IMG/VR virus record: IMGVR_UViG_3300023198_000833
Coordinates: 1-64,000 of that record
Direction: 5' to 3' (one strand)
DNA from: a virus
DNA: 64,000 bases
The first letter of the stretch is position 1; each line of letters opens with the position of its first letter. The position numbers and the translations under genes were made by a program. Under the pieces are notes generated by a model. It was not told where the DNA came from and made no database searches. It was given only the letters and a program-made list of their open reading frames with translations. Of the stretch, positions 16,073 to 26,143 are shown piece after piece.

Positions 16073-16231
16073 ATAAAAATAAAGTTTTTTCATATTTTTT
16101 TCATATTTTTTTTGGCTGTTGTAAGTAGTTGAAAACAAACAACTTACAGATGTCATTTCAGCCTCTACAAGCATCATACGAGCCTTCTTACCTTTCGGCA
16201 TACAATCAATCGAGCTATTCCTTAAAGTTTG

Positions 16232-18148
16232 TTAGAGCTTAATCTCACCGTCATCGCTGGAGGCTATCGACCAATTCTTATCTGACATTCCGCACGAAAC
16301 TCGAATAGGTACACGGAAGTTTACGGAGGTCGATTCAAACATAGTTGCAATTTGTTTTAAGACACGTTTATCTTTTGCAACTTCAATCGGAGCATACATA
16401 ACTGTTTCATCATGTACACTTGCACAAAATTTAATACCGTGATCTTTCATCCACTTAAAATATCGTGGCGCTGTTGCAACCGTTCGTTCTTTAATTAAAT
16501 CAGCAGCACTCGATTGTATGATCGTATTGAAAGCTCGGTAAGCAGCTTTAGTAGGCAGCTGCCGTTGACGACCATAAGCGTTAAAAACGTAACCTCGAGC
16601 AATTAAGTTATTCGCTGCTTGCTGTGTAACGCGTTTTAAACCTGGCAAAGTATCGTGATAGGTTTGGTAAACCTTTTCTCCTCGCTTAAGACAAAGTAAG
16701 TCAAATAGTTGACCTCGTTGACTGGGTTTGATTTTTTCTTGCTTTATAAATTCTTCAACTGTAGCTGACAAGTCGCTTACTAATTCCATGTTAGCCGCAA
16801 GCATCGATACGACTTTCTTCTTGCCGCCGCCGTACCCGATACAAAAGTTTACGTTTTTAGCGGGCTTACGCGGAATGCCGCACATCTCTGCTACCCACGT
16901 ATGAAAGTCCGTATCAGCGTCTTCTTGATAAGCAGCAATTGCAGCGACGTCTTTAATGTAGTGAATGATAAGTCGAAATTCAACTTGACTATAATCATAT
17001 CGAATAATAACATATCCTTTGGGCGGATGAATTAATTCTTTAGCGGCAGGTGACAATTGCTGAGAGTTAGGTCGACGACAAGACATACGTCCAGTCCTAA
17101 CAATCTGGTTGTAGTCGGGATGCATCAGGCCGTTAACATTATGTTCTTTATACGGGGCTATGAAAAAGTTATGCAAGGTATGCAGCTTACGATAGGTTTG
17201 TATTTTTTTAACGATAGTTGTAAGCTCTTCTGATTCTTGGACAAACGGGTGTGCTCGGTAGGAAGTTAAAGTATCTTTATCGAAAGATGGATCACCTTTA
17301 TCAGTATATCCTAAAACTGGAAGACCGTACTTATTACATAGTACTTCAAAACAATCTGCATTCGTGTGTGGTCGAATTGGAATTCCAGTTAAATGATCAA
17401 GCTCCTCTTCAAGTTTTGATAAATGATATAATGTCGTTAATTGTTTTTTGTCTAATTCGAGTGGGTCAACATATAAGCCGGTTACTTCCATATCGTATAA
17501 GACCGGAGTAAGTTTTGTCTCTGTCTCCCAGACTCCAAGCGTTTGCTCATGTCGTCGTCTTAATATATGTCGGTGCAATTTTCTATTACTAAGAACATCT
17601 TGACAACCGTACTCTCCAATTATATCGCCCGGCACATCACCGTAGTCTTTACTATTGCATCCAGTTAAGTATGCATTCAATCGATTCTCAACTTTTGAGA
17701 TATCTTCTTCAAGCCATTCTAACGATAATGCACTTAAGCTATATTCATATCGATCTGACTGTACTATTTTTGAAAGAGCTAACGTGTCAATCAATTTACA
17801 ATTAAAATCGATTCCATCTTGAGCAATAAAATGAGCATCGAATTTTATGTTATGGTTCACCCATTCTTCACAGCTATTAATAATTTCATCAATCCAATTT
17901 AAAACAGGTTGCAGCGGCACATTCCATTTCTCATGATTACATCTAATAGGTACGTACCAAGCGGGTTGATGTTTATCCGCAGTTATGCAAATGCCAGCAA
18001 CACGGTGACCGTGATATGGACGAAAAGCCTTAACCTTTCGATCAAAGGACGTAGTCTCCATATCACAGTACAAGTGTGTTGCGTTTTTAAGATTAGGCAA
18101 TTCGCTAACATCTTGAACTAATCGCCCACCGTTTTCAAAATTAAGCAT
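16232..18148 (-). CDS. family A DNA polymerase with 3'-5' exonuclease domain (T7-like)
   Basis: Exo I LYCDMETTS. Motif A RYDYSQVEFR. Motif B RKPAKNVNFCIGYGGG. Motif C SVHDET. Confidence 0.85.
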   Translation of the reverse strand: MLNFENGGRLVQDVSELPNLKNATHLYCDMETTSFDRKVKAFRPYHGHRVAGICITADKHQPAWYVPIRCNHEKWNVPLQPVLNWIDEIINSCEEWVNHNIKFDAHFIAQDGIDFNCKLIDTLALSKIVQSDRYEYSLSALSLEWLEEDISKVENRLNAYLTGCNSKDYGDVPGDIIGEYGCQDVLSNRKLHRHILRRRHEQTLGVWETETKLTPVLYDMEVTGLYVDPLELDKKQLTTLYHLSKLEEELDHLTGIPIRPHTNADCFEVLCNKYGLPVLGYTDKGDPSFDKDTLTSYRAHPFVQESEELTTIVKKIQTYRKLHTLHNFFIAPYKEHNVNGLMHPDYNQIVRTGRMSCRRPNSQQLSPAAKELIHPPKGYVIIRYDYSQVEFRLIIHYIKDVAAIAAYQEDADTDFHTWVAEMCGIPRKPAKNVNFCIGYGGGKKKVVSMLAANMELVSDLSATVEEFIKQEKIKPSQRGQLFDLLCLKRGEKVYQTYHDTLPGLKRVTQQAANNLIARGYVFNAYGRQRQLPTKAAYRAFNTIIQSSAADLIKERTVATAPRYFKWMKDHGIKFCASVHDETVMYAPIEVAKDKRVLKQIATMFESTSVNFRVPIRVSCGMSDKNWSIASSDDGEIKL

Positions 18149-18593
18149 TATTTAAATCTCGTATCAATCCTTGAATATAACTCTCATGCACGATGCATAC
18201 ACCCGCTTGTTTAATTAAATCTTCTCCGAAGCCATCTCGATAATCTTCACTCCAAACGACACCTATAATTTTACCGCAGTTCAACATCACGCTGGCACAA
18301 TGGTGGCAAGGTTTTCTCGAGGTCCATAAAATACTGGGTTTAGCCAAATCGTTATTGAATTTAGCGATTGCATTTACTTCGGCGTGCGCACATCCACAAG
18401 CGGCGACATTATCAAATTTACAATTATCATTTGGTAGGCCACGCGGCGGACCGTTATATCCGATAGCATATATCGCCGAACAATCCGTTGGAAAAATTAT
18501 ACATGCGACTTGAAGTCGACCGCATGTCGATAATCCAATTAAATGCTTACCCATATCGATAAGCGTTTTAATCTTTTTCTCCTGACGCTTCAT
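18141..18593 (-). CDS. dCMP deaminase (CMP/dCMP deaminase zinc-binding family)
   Basis: CAHAEVNAI and PCHHCASVM (the HxE ... PCxxC signature). Confidence 0.65.
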   Translation of the reverse strand: MKRQEKKIKTLIDMGKHLIGLSTCGRLQVACIIFPTDCSAIYAIGYNGPPRGLPNDNCKFDNVAACGCAHAEVNAIAKFNNDLAKPSILWTSRKPCHHCASVMLNCGKIIGVVWSEDYRDGFGEDLIKQAGVCIVHESYIQGLIRDLNNA

Positions 18594-19140
18594 GTTTAGT
18601 TCTCCTTAAAAGTAAGTGCACGATTTCTTGTACAAATTGTTGATCACTACTTGGAAATTCTTGTCTATCATTCATCGTATAAACAAAATCTATATCACAT
18701 TCCCAATCAGTACCGCCATGAGCAAGATCTCGATAATATTCGTTTACGTCGATTATTTGTTGAGCTTCAAATAATTCGTTACGCTGATGATATTTTTCAT
18801 CGAGTTGTTTTTTAAGCCAGTCTTGTTCAGCTACAATTAATACAGTGACTGATTGATTGATTCGAAGCCAGCCGTCAAGTTCACGATAATCATCTGGACT
18901 GATTTCTGAGTGACCTCGAATCGTGTTGCCGTAAGCGACCTCAGATAAGATAAATCGGTCCATACATACTCGCTGATTGATAAACGGTATATAGTCTTCG
19001 AAATAATCCCAAACATCGGCTTTCGGCAATTTACCAAAGTGTTGATAAATTATTGGGTAACGATACAGCAGCGTCTGTTTGATTAATTCATTACATAAAG
19101 TTGTCTTGCCAACTAAATCTGTTCCTTCAATGATTAGCAT
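18568..19140 (-). CDS. (d)NMP kinase, thymidylate-kinase-like P-loop kinase
   Basis: MLIIEGTDLVGKTT P-loop. Confidence 0.55.
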   Translation of the reverse strand: MLIIEGTDLVGKTTLCNELIKQTLLYRYPIIYQHFGKLPKADVWDYFEDYIPFINQRVCMDRFILSEVAYGNTIRGHSEISPDDYRELDGWLRINQSVTVLIVAEQDWLKKQLDEKYHQRNELFEAQQIIDVNEYYRDLAHGGTDWECDIDFVYTMNDRQEFPSSDQQFVQEIVHLLLRRTKHEASGEKD

Positions 19141-20068
19141 TATTTAATGCCTCCAATAAAATAGGTGAACGTGGCTTATGTACTGGTTTGCCAAATTGAT
19201 GACTACAGCAGACGACTATGTCATATAAAAAATCACTAAGCCTAATGCACTCTTCAATTCCAGTTAAGCCTTTTCGATAGCGGCCCTCTGCACAAAGTGC
19301 TTGCTGAATTTGTTCATGCCAATCCATCGTAAGGTCATTACTCCACTCATGTTCGAGCCGCCACCAATCTGTCTCATAGTGTTCACTATGAAGAGCTTCT
19401 TCAGCGGCCACCCAATTCTTTTCATACAGATGCATACTGCCAACTTGATGCGTATATACTCCGCACGGTAATCCAAGCGCCCGACTAACTAACTTTTGAA
19501 TACACGTAAATGTAAATATATCGTATGGAAGCCCAAGCCAAGCATCGTTACTTCGCATCGTCGTTATCAAGTGTAGATACCCATTGCGTATAAAAAACTG
19601 CAAAGAAAGTGTGCAAGGTAGATCTTTATGATTTTTCATAACAGCGTAATGTAAGTCATCGGCATTCCATAATGTTAAGATTGCCTGCCTTGAATCGGGC
19701 GTATGTCTTAAATGATTTATCAATAAAACTAATTGAGAGGTGTTCTTAACGATACTGAGATTCTCATATAGACGCCACCCATAGGCGCCATGCGCTTCAC
19801 CGTCTTCAGCAAACTTTTCATATTGAGGAGCATACGCTTTTATCATCTCGATTTTTTTAGTATGTTTCATATACCATAAAAATTCAGCACAGCCGTATAT
19901 CGGTGATAGTTTACGCCGACGATTTAATAAAAAATTATTAGCTGGCGAATATAGTTGTGTACTGAATCCGATTAGCTCTTTTGTTTTCCCTACTCGACTA
20001 TTAGCATCTGGAGCTTCCAAAAGCTGTTCAATTGTATTCATCCATAAGCGATCAATGCATCTCCACAT
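19127..20068 (-). CDS. thymidylate-synthase-family pyrimidine C5-hydroxymethylase/methylase, probably dCMP-specific
   Basis: Aligns with ThyA: PDSRQAILTLWNADDL, catalytic PC in DLPCTLSLQFFI, HLY. It has PYD where ThyA has PFN, i.e. Asp at the Asn177-equivalent position. Confidence 0.7.
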   Translation of the reverse strand: MWRCIDRLWMNTIEQLLEAPDANSRVGKTKELIGFSTQLYSPANNFLLNRRRKLSPIYGCAEFLWYMKHTKKIEMIKAYAPQYEKFAEDGEAHGAYGWRLYENLSIVKNTSQLVLLINHLRHTPDSRQAILTLWNADDLHYAVMKNHKDLPCTLSLQFFIRNGYLHLITTMRSNDAWLGLPYDIFTFTCIQKLVSRALGLPCGVYTHQVGSMHLYEKNWVAAEEALHSEHYETDWWRLEHEWSNDLTMDWHEQIQQALCAEGRYRKGLTGIEECIRLSDFLYDIVVCCSHQFGKPVHKPRSPILLEALNNANH

Positions 20069-20069
20069 T

Positions 20070-21275
20070 TCAGTTCTCCCTAAAAGGTGGTAAGTAATTT
20101 GTTAAGTTAAAAATCTTTTCAACTGGACGATTCGTTTTTTGATATTCGTTACCTATCCACGCATCGCAACGACCGCAATATCTTGACTCAAAATCTTCAT
20201 CCCCCCAAGCGTTTTCAAAATACAGTTTTATCTGTTCGCCTAACCATTGTCCAGTAGCTGGCACTACGCCTTTACCTATTTGCCCAACTGGGTCAGGACC
20301 TACTGGTATAAAGCCTTTAGGCCAGCCCATCAGCTTCGCTATCTCGCCGACAGTTAACGGGCGTGGTAATATGTGGTGAATTAAACGGGCGCTTGTAGAG
20401 CATATTGTAGGACAGTGGCCGTCTATTTTTAATCGAGTAGGACAATGCAAACTGAATGGAATACCGGAAGTTCGAGTTATCCATTTTTCATAATGCTCCG
20501 GAGATATTTTTTCAAGGTCATCTTCGTTGTGCATAGCGAAACTATTAAAGTCATCGCCTTGACCAAGATGCGGTACTAATATTTTTTCAGTTGGAGTTAA
20601 ATTGACATAAGTATCTTGTGTGTAATCGAGATTCGATTTTCCGTAGACCTTACCTTCGTGTACTTTCCTTTTCATCAACGGTTTTAATATGTCACCGACT
20701 GTTACTCGAAACTTCGGTAAGACTGGCGGAATTATGTTAAAGTTTCGATTCTTTTTATACGCAACGAAAAAATATCGCCTACGCTTTTGAGCATTACCTT
20801 CAGCGGCTGTATTGACGAACAAATGAGCGATCCTATATCCATTTGGAACAAATAAATCGTCTCGTAAAATATTAAGCAATTGTTTACCAATAGAAAATGC
20901 TTGCTGCACGCTTTCAAAAGCTATCAAGTCTAAGTTATTATGAATCCCAAACTCGCATAGGTCCCAAATATCTCTTGTAGGTTTTGCTGTTGGTCCTCGC
21001 ACTGTTCGATCTGAACCAGAACTATAACTCGAAAAAGCTGTACATCGAGGATTCCCATAACAAAAAGAACAGTCTTTATAAGTCGATTTAAAATCCGCCC
21101 ATGCTTGCCAACTATCCGCATTCATAAACTTCGTATCATGAGCTTCGCACGTTTGCCTACCAAAGTTATGAATCTCTAATTGTCCTACGATGTCATGGAC
21201 TTGTTTCATGCCCATCGTAAAGCCACCTGCAAATACGTGAATTCCGATTCCTTTCATGTTTGTGTCTCCAACCAA
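20070..21275 (-). CDS. DNA (cytosine-5)-methyltransferase-family protein with atypical catalytic loop
   Basis: Motif I HVFAGGFTMG. Motif IV GNPRCTAFS (PRC instead of PC(Q)). Motif VI FESVQQ (ENV-like). Motif VIII NAQKRRRYFFVA. Confidence 0.55.
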   Translation of the reverse strand: MVGDTNMKGIGIHVFAGGFTMGMKQVHDIVGQLEIHNFGRQTCEAHDTKFMNADSWQAWADFKSTYKDCSFCYGNPRCTAFSSYSSGSDRTVRGPTAKPTRDIWDLCEFGIHNNLDLIAFESVQQAFSIGKQLLNILRDDLFVPNGYRIAHLFVNTAAEGNAQKRRRYFFVAYKKNRNFNIIPPVLPKFRVTVGDILKPLMKRKVHEGKVYGKSNLDYTQDTYVNLTPTEKILVPHLGQGDDFNSFAMHNEDDLEKISPEHYEKWITRTSGIPFSLHCPTRLKIDGHCPTICSTSARLIHHILPRPLTVGEIAKLMGWPKGFIPVGPDPVGQIGKGVVPATGQWLGEQIKLYFENAWGDEDFESRYCGRCDAWIGNEYQKTNRPVEKIFNLTNYLPPFREN

Positions 21276-22093
21276 GATTGAATTTCTAACATACTTTTAG
21301 CAGGCAAAAATAATTCGTCCCAACGCTTATGCGTACCAGCGCACGCATGCCAACCATCGCGGCATTCTTTTACATCAACCGTTCGCATCGATTCATATCC
21401 TGTAACTCCACCTTCAGTGATTGCTATCCACCAAGAATCTAAAGAGTCATGCCATCGTCGTTCAATTCTTACTGGAATAAATTTAACTTGCCCAGTTATA
21501 CAATGCGTCCTTCGAGCTTGTACATATAGATGACTCATTCGATGACGATGACGATTTAGTATTTCTTTTAAATTCGGTGGCTTATAATCCGCACCTTTAT
21601 CGCGTAACCGAATGTCATCTTTTTTACGTGCGTTCTTTGTTAAGTTTGAATCACAGATTTCATTAAGGCCACGAATAAACGGTAACGCAAAAGCAATGGC
21701 TGTTCCGATTGTAACAAACCCGAGATCACTTAAGCCATCTAACACTTCGATCTCATTCTTATCAGCTAACGCCTGAACCGTTTCGCCTAATTCTTCAATC
21801 AATAATTGAGATCGGCGTAATCGTAGATCGTCATGTATTAACATTTGAGCTTCAATATGCTTTGATATGTTTATTAAACTTTTTGCAGCCTCTCCTAACA
21901 TGCGATCAACGTGTTCATCAGTTTTAAGTCCACCTAACAATACGTGTCGAGTGAAATTATGCTTTTGCATGAACTTGTCTGTTTTCTCTACTAACTCTTG
22001 CATTTTCGATCTCCTTAATATTATTGTTCCAATGACTTGTAGTATTTTTAGAATTACACGACCAACAATTAGATAGCGTTTCTTTACTAACAA
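21254..22093 (-). CDS. MazG-like NTP pyrophosphohydrolase domain protein (candidate dCTPase) with unknown C-terminal domain
   Basis: IEELGETVQAL ... EVLDGLSDLGFV. The real start is probably the internal Met near 22003, because the listed start overlaps the upstream gene. Confidence 0.4.
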   Translation of the reverse strand: MLVKKRYLIVGRVILKILQVIGTIILRRSKMQELVEKTDKFMQKHNFTRHVLLGGLKTDEHVDRMLGEAAKSLINISKHIEAQMLIHDDLRLRRSQLLIEELGETVQALADKNEIEVLDGLSDLGFVTIGTAIAFALPFIRGLNEICDSNLTKNARKKDDIRLRDKGADYKPPNLKEILNRHRHRMSHLYVQARRTHCITGQVKFIPVRIERRWHDSLDSWWIAITEGGVTGYESMRTVDVKECRDGWHACAGTHKRWDELFLPAKSMLEIQSWLETQT

Positions 22094-22134
22094 AACAACA
22101 TCCGCATGTACGACAGTATAACATATAAAATATT

Positions 22135-22389
22135 TTATCTTTGATCTTGACGCTCGTTATGTAAATTGATTGAGGGTTTTAAAATCGCACCGTTGTTTTG
22201 AATGTCTGCCCATGACCAACTCTCTGCACCTTCAACATGAAGCCTAAATTTTATCTCATCTTTAGATAATTCTGGATGATTTGTGTCTCGCAATACTTGC
22301 TGAACTTTTTCTGATATTTCCCTTTTTTGTCTAATTGAAAACATTTTGTTATCCTTAAAATTCCTCTGCAATAAAGTCTGGTCTATCAC
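22135..22389 (-). CDS. hypothetical protein (84 aa)
   Basis: ORF only. Confidence 0.3.
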   Translation of the reverse strand: MIDQTLLQRNFKDNKMFSIRQKREISEKVQQVLRDTNHPELSKDEIKFRLHVEGAESWSWADIQNNGAILKPSINLHNERQDQR

Positions 22390-25222
22390 ACATTTTCATT
22401 TCATCTGACGTAAGTAAGTTCTTTAAAAACTCAATAAATTTTGGAGACTTTCGATAAGCACGCCCATCACGTTGTAAAGCATGTTTACGAACAAGCAACG
22501 ATAGTAATTGAGTCGCCGCGCTTTTCTCCCAACCGCACCAGTCGCAGATATCTCGAAGTTCAATTTGATTTGTGTATAGCATTTGCTTTACAAAGTCGAC
22601 TGGGAACGGAGTTTGTAGAATACGCTTGCCTAATATCTCAGCATCAAGTAACGTGTTACTCATATTAAGCGCGGCTGAAAAATCTTTATATCCAAATATA
22701 GTATCTGAATAAGTTTTTTCAAGAAAGTTCGAGATATATTTAACGTGTGCTTCATGTACGATTAAAGTTTCAAAATCATTAGTTGAAAAAGTTCTACAAG
22801 CTAAGGAGGTTGCTAATCGTAATAGCTTAAATCGCATCGACCCTCTATCGACAATAGGAATCGCTTCAGTAAATATCGAACATAGTCGAGTCGCTTCAGT
22901 AAGTGCTGCATTGACTGCATTTTCAGTAAAGGTTATTTGATCAGGTTCTCGAGTCCATGCCCATAAAATTAAATTTCGACATAGGCTCTTCGTAAAGCGA
23001 TGTTTTACTTTAGGTCGATATTGTTGAAGACGGTTTAATTTGTCAACTTCGATTTGATCAGCAGAGGTTAATAGAATAGCGTCGAATCGTCTGATGTCTT
23101 CAAGCCCACCAATTAATTCCTTCACTGCTTCGATACCAAAATTATAAACGGATAGCGGTCGATCACTTCGTGGATTGCTTACCATTATTAATCGCGTGCG
23201 AGCATGCGTTCTCCTTTTTTCAATTTTTGGAATCTCTGCTACGCCTGACGACCGCATATCCGTTAATTTACCGATGACTTCAGTACTCGTTCCTTTAATT
23301 TCTTCAAGAATAACAATACGCTTATCATGCGTGGGAATCACCCCCCACGTAACAAACCAACGCGAGCCGATTTGCTGCAAGCCACCTAACAAACCAGCAA
23401 CCGTTGCGTTTTTACATTCAACTCTTTCGCCTAATTCATAATGCTCCATAAGACGTAAAATTGTTTCTGACTTGCCCTGTGAACTATCGCCCGTAATTAA
23501 AGTTTCAACCCATCCTTTTGTTAACTTATTATCAAATTTAAATAATAGTGCACTGTGATACGTAAGGTCTATAAGAAAATGTAATGGTTGTCGCTCAAAG
23601 ATATGTGTAATGTTTGCTGATAGATCTGAATAGATTCGATTTAAAATATCGTCAAGTCCTTCAAGTGTCCATTTCTTAGGTTGAAATATTTTTAATTTCC
23701 GAAGTTCAGTTTTTGAAGGTTTATAATTTGACAAAGCATCTTTTGTTGTTTCCGATTCACTGGCTAAAATAATTGATTGCTGTGTTTTAGGATGCGGGTA
23801 CATTCGGCCGATAAACTCATAGTTTTCATTCGTCTCTAAACCATGTCCGATACATAAAGCAGGTTGTAGTATATCATCGACTGAACGCGAGCTTATTTCA
23901 AGTTGAGGTGATAACCTAACATCTTCGACATTAAAATATTCAACAGGAGCAAACTCAACTACTTTGCAATGCGGTAATTTTAAACCTGACATAATTGCTT
24001 CATGTTGAGAGACTTTTGAAGCAGCTACCATTTCTAATATAGCGGGCGATTCAGGATGTAAGTCTAAGACTGTGATACCGTCATCATTCGGCGTTTCAGC
24101 GTACACTGGGCAGAGGCTGCAACAATCTTGATTACGTTCACAAAATACGTTTAGCTTTTTTGGGATCACGTATGGGGCCGTGTCCATTGCTGAAACAGTT
24201 GCTTTAATCTTAATTCGTTTACCAGTATGTTCAGCTTTCGATGCTTGATTTAAATGAAGGTTAAGTATGTTCCCATCATCTATCTGATCGAACTTAGTCG
24301 TCATTGACCATTCAGCCGTTTCAGCGATGAGGTGTAAGAAATCATTTGAAGTTTTTTGTTCAATCCCAAAGTAATCATTAATGTCACCTTTAGGATACTT
24401 ATCTAAATCAAGTGGTAAGTTTATTTTTCCAATAAAGTCTACATCTTTTTTGAGACGAGCACAAACTGAATCTGCTGCGATATTTCCTTCTTTGTCAACA
24501 TCAAAACAAATGTATACGCACTTCCTTAAAAATCGTTTATTGAAATCGACATGCCAGTTGCCTTCGCCAGATGTAGCAGTTATTGCTCCGATGCCGTGTT
24601 TATTTAATTGATCTGCAGCTACAATTGCTTTGATTTCACCGCCACATACTATAACTGTTTCGTATTTTAATTGCTCGAGTGGAAATAATCGAAGGCGCCC
24701 ATGACCACGTTTGTTTTTCATCTTTTGTGGGCCTGGTGCACTTGGTAAATAACGTCGAACATTTACGCATAAATCATTATCGTTTGTTATCGGAATTGAG
24801 ATTCGACCATTATCTAATCCTAGTCGATATTTTCGTATGAGGTCATCAGTTACACCCCGCTTATATAATTCTTTAAGGAATAATTCCGCCGTCCAAATTG
24901 CTTCGTGCCATCGTTCAACTGCGGTACTATCGATTACTTGAACACTTTCAAAATTATAACGAGTTGAAAGCTCCTCCCACATTACTCGCCGAGTCGTTTT
25001 TAATATCTTGGCTAAAAGCGTAACTATATCGCCTGTTGCTTTACAGCCAGCGGTATGGCACTTAAACAAATTCTTTTTAGTATTAACACTGCAGCTGGGA
25101 TTCTTATCGGCGTGAAATGGACACTTGATTTTCACCTCATCATCCGTGGCGAACTCATACGTACATTCACATCGCTCAAGCTCAGCTAACGCGCTTATAG
25201 TTATAAGTTGTTGTTCATCCAT
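22355..25222 (-). CDS. DNA primase-helicase (zinc-ribbon primase + TOPRIM + P-loop helicase)
   Basis: CPFHADKNPSCSV...FKCHTAGC CHC2 zinc finger. Walker A GDSSQGKSE in the C-terminal half. Confidence 0.7.
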   Translation of the reverse strand: MDEQQLITISALAELERCECTYEFATDDEVKIKCPFHADKNPSCSVNTKKNLFKCHTAGCKATGDIVTLLAKILKTTRRVMWEELSTRYNFESVQVIDSTAVERWHEAIWTAELFLKELYKRGVTDDLIRKYRLGLDNGRISIPITNDNDLCVNVRRYLPSAPGPQKMKNKRGHGRLRLFPLEQLKYETVIVCGGEIKAIVAADQLNKHGIGAITATSGEGNWHVDFNKRFLRKCVYICFDVDKEGNIAADSVCARLKKDVDFIGKINLPLDLDKYPKGDINDYFGIEQKTSNDFLHLIAETAEWSMTTKFDQIDDGNILNLHLNQASKAEHTGKRIKIKATVSAMDTAPYVIPKKLNVFCERNQDCCSLCPVYAETPNDDGITVLDLHPESPAILEMVAASKVSQHEAIMSGLKLPHCKVVEFAPVEYFNVEDVRLSPQLEISSRSVDDILQPALCIGHGLETNENYEFIGRMYPHPKTQQSIILASESETTKDALSNYKPSKTELRKLKIFQPKKWTLEGLDDILNRIYSDLSANITHIFERQPLHFLIDLTYHSALLFKFDNKLTKGWVETLITGDSSQGKSETILRLMEHYELGERVECKNATVAGLLGGLQQIGSRWFVTWGVIPTHDKRIVILEEIKGTSTEVIGKLTDMRSSGVAEIPKIEKRRTHARTRLIMVSNPRSDRPLSVYNFGIEAVKELIGGLEDIRRFDAILLTSADQIEVDKLNRLQQYRPKVKHRFTKSLCRNLILWAWTREPDQITFTENAVNAALTEATRLCSIFTEAIPIVDRGSMRFKLLRLATSLACRTFSTNDFETLIVHEAHVKYISNFLEKTYSDTIFGYKDFSAALNMSNTLLDAEILGKRILQTPFPVDFVKQMLYTNQIELRDICDWCGWEKSAATQLLSLLVRKHALQRDGRAYRKSPKFIEFLKNLLTSDEMKMCDRPDFIAEEF

Positions 25223-25234
25223 GAGAAAAATAAA

Positions 25235-25292
25235 TTTAGGGCGGGCTCTGAATCAGTTTACTTCTTCCAGAGGGAAAGCGCACCGCCCTAAA
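25235..25292 (-). terminator. long hairpin + U-tract immediately upstream of the primase start codon (terminator/attenuator-like)
   Basis: 10-bp stem UUUAGGGCGG/CCGCCCUAAA with a structured 38-nt loop, followed on the minus strand by UUUAUUUUUCUC-AUG. Confidence 0.4.
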
Positions 25293-25303
25293 TTCAAGAA
25301 AGC

Positions 25304-26140
25304 CTAAAATTCGTCAGTAGCTGGTGTTGCAGCTGCATCACCGTCAGCAGCTGGATCATACTGGGCCTGAATACGAGCGTCCTTGTGAAGCTTATCGAAT
25401 TCTAAATGAATCGATTTGAATAGCTCATACTCATCTTTTTCAACCCATGGCTTCTCAGCGGGATTACCTACATCGAAGCCGTACCAATCACCAAACTTAC
25501 CGTGACGCAACTTTACAGTTGCTTCAAATACGCAACCATAAAGAGGTGCTTTTCTAAGCTTAATTAAGCCAGCGAATTTACTACCGGCTTTCCATTCCCC
25601 ACGGGCGAACGAAAGAATTGCTGCTTCGCCGCTTAATGCGTGATTACGAAGTTGAATGATAAAGTTGAGATGTTCAACATGACGGATAAAAAGCTTGCCC
25701 GTCGAATCATTCGGATGTGGTTCAGCTCGAAGTTTTGGATTTCGGGCTTTGCCTACAATAGGATCGTTTGCATCAACTGTTCGGTATCGAATAGATGATT
25801 CTTGTCCTTTCATTTCGATAGGATTCCAAGATATCCATTCAGGATAAAACAGAATCGGTACGAATTGAAAGCTCGTGATCGATCCTTCAATTTCACGACC
25901 TTTGTTATCTCGAGGCATCTCTGCCACAATCGCATTCGTTGGCGATAAAATAACATCACCTCCGGAAAACGATTTAAGTAACTCTTCGCTTGCGTTTCTT
26001 TGTACGATTTTTATAAACGGTGGCACGACGAACTCTTTCAAGTTCTCGATGCCTAACTGCTCTTCACCATTCATAAAATCGGGAAGTTCGAACTCCGGAT
26101 TAACTTTCGTAATTTCTTGACTAACATCCTTTTTTGCCAT
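25304..26140 (-). CDS. putative ssDNA-binding protein (gp2.5-like acidic C-terminal tail)
   Basis: Acidic tail ending DPAADGDAAATPATDEF, located in the replication module. Confidence 0.35.
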   Translation of the reverse strand: MAKKDVSQEITKVNPEFELPDFMNGEEQLGIENLKEFVVPPFIKIVQRNASEELLKSFSGGDVILSPTNAIVAEMPRDNKGREIEGSITSFQFVPILFYPEWISWNPIEMKGQESSIRYRTVDANDPIVGKARNPKLRAEPHPNDSTGKLFIRHVEHLNFIIQLRNHALSGEAAILSFARGEWKAGSKFAGLIKLRKAPLYGCVFEATVKLRHGKFGDWYGFDVGNPAEKPWVEKDEYELFKSIHLEFDKLHKDARIQAQYDPAADGDAAATPATDEF

Positions 26141-26143
26141 TTG

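Noticed and set aside
16013-16201. 62-aa minus-strand ORF in an AT-rich stretch.
   Set aside because: It overlaps the consensus promoter and consists of low-complexity Ile/Tyr/Lys codons. More likely non-coding promoter/leader DNA.
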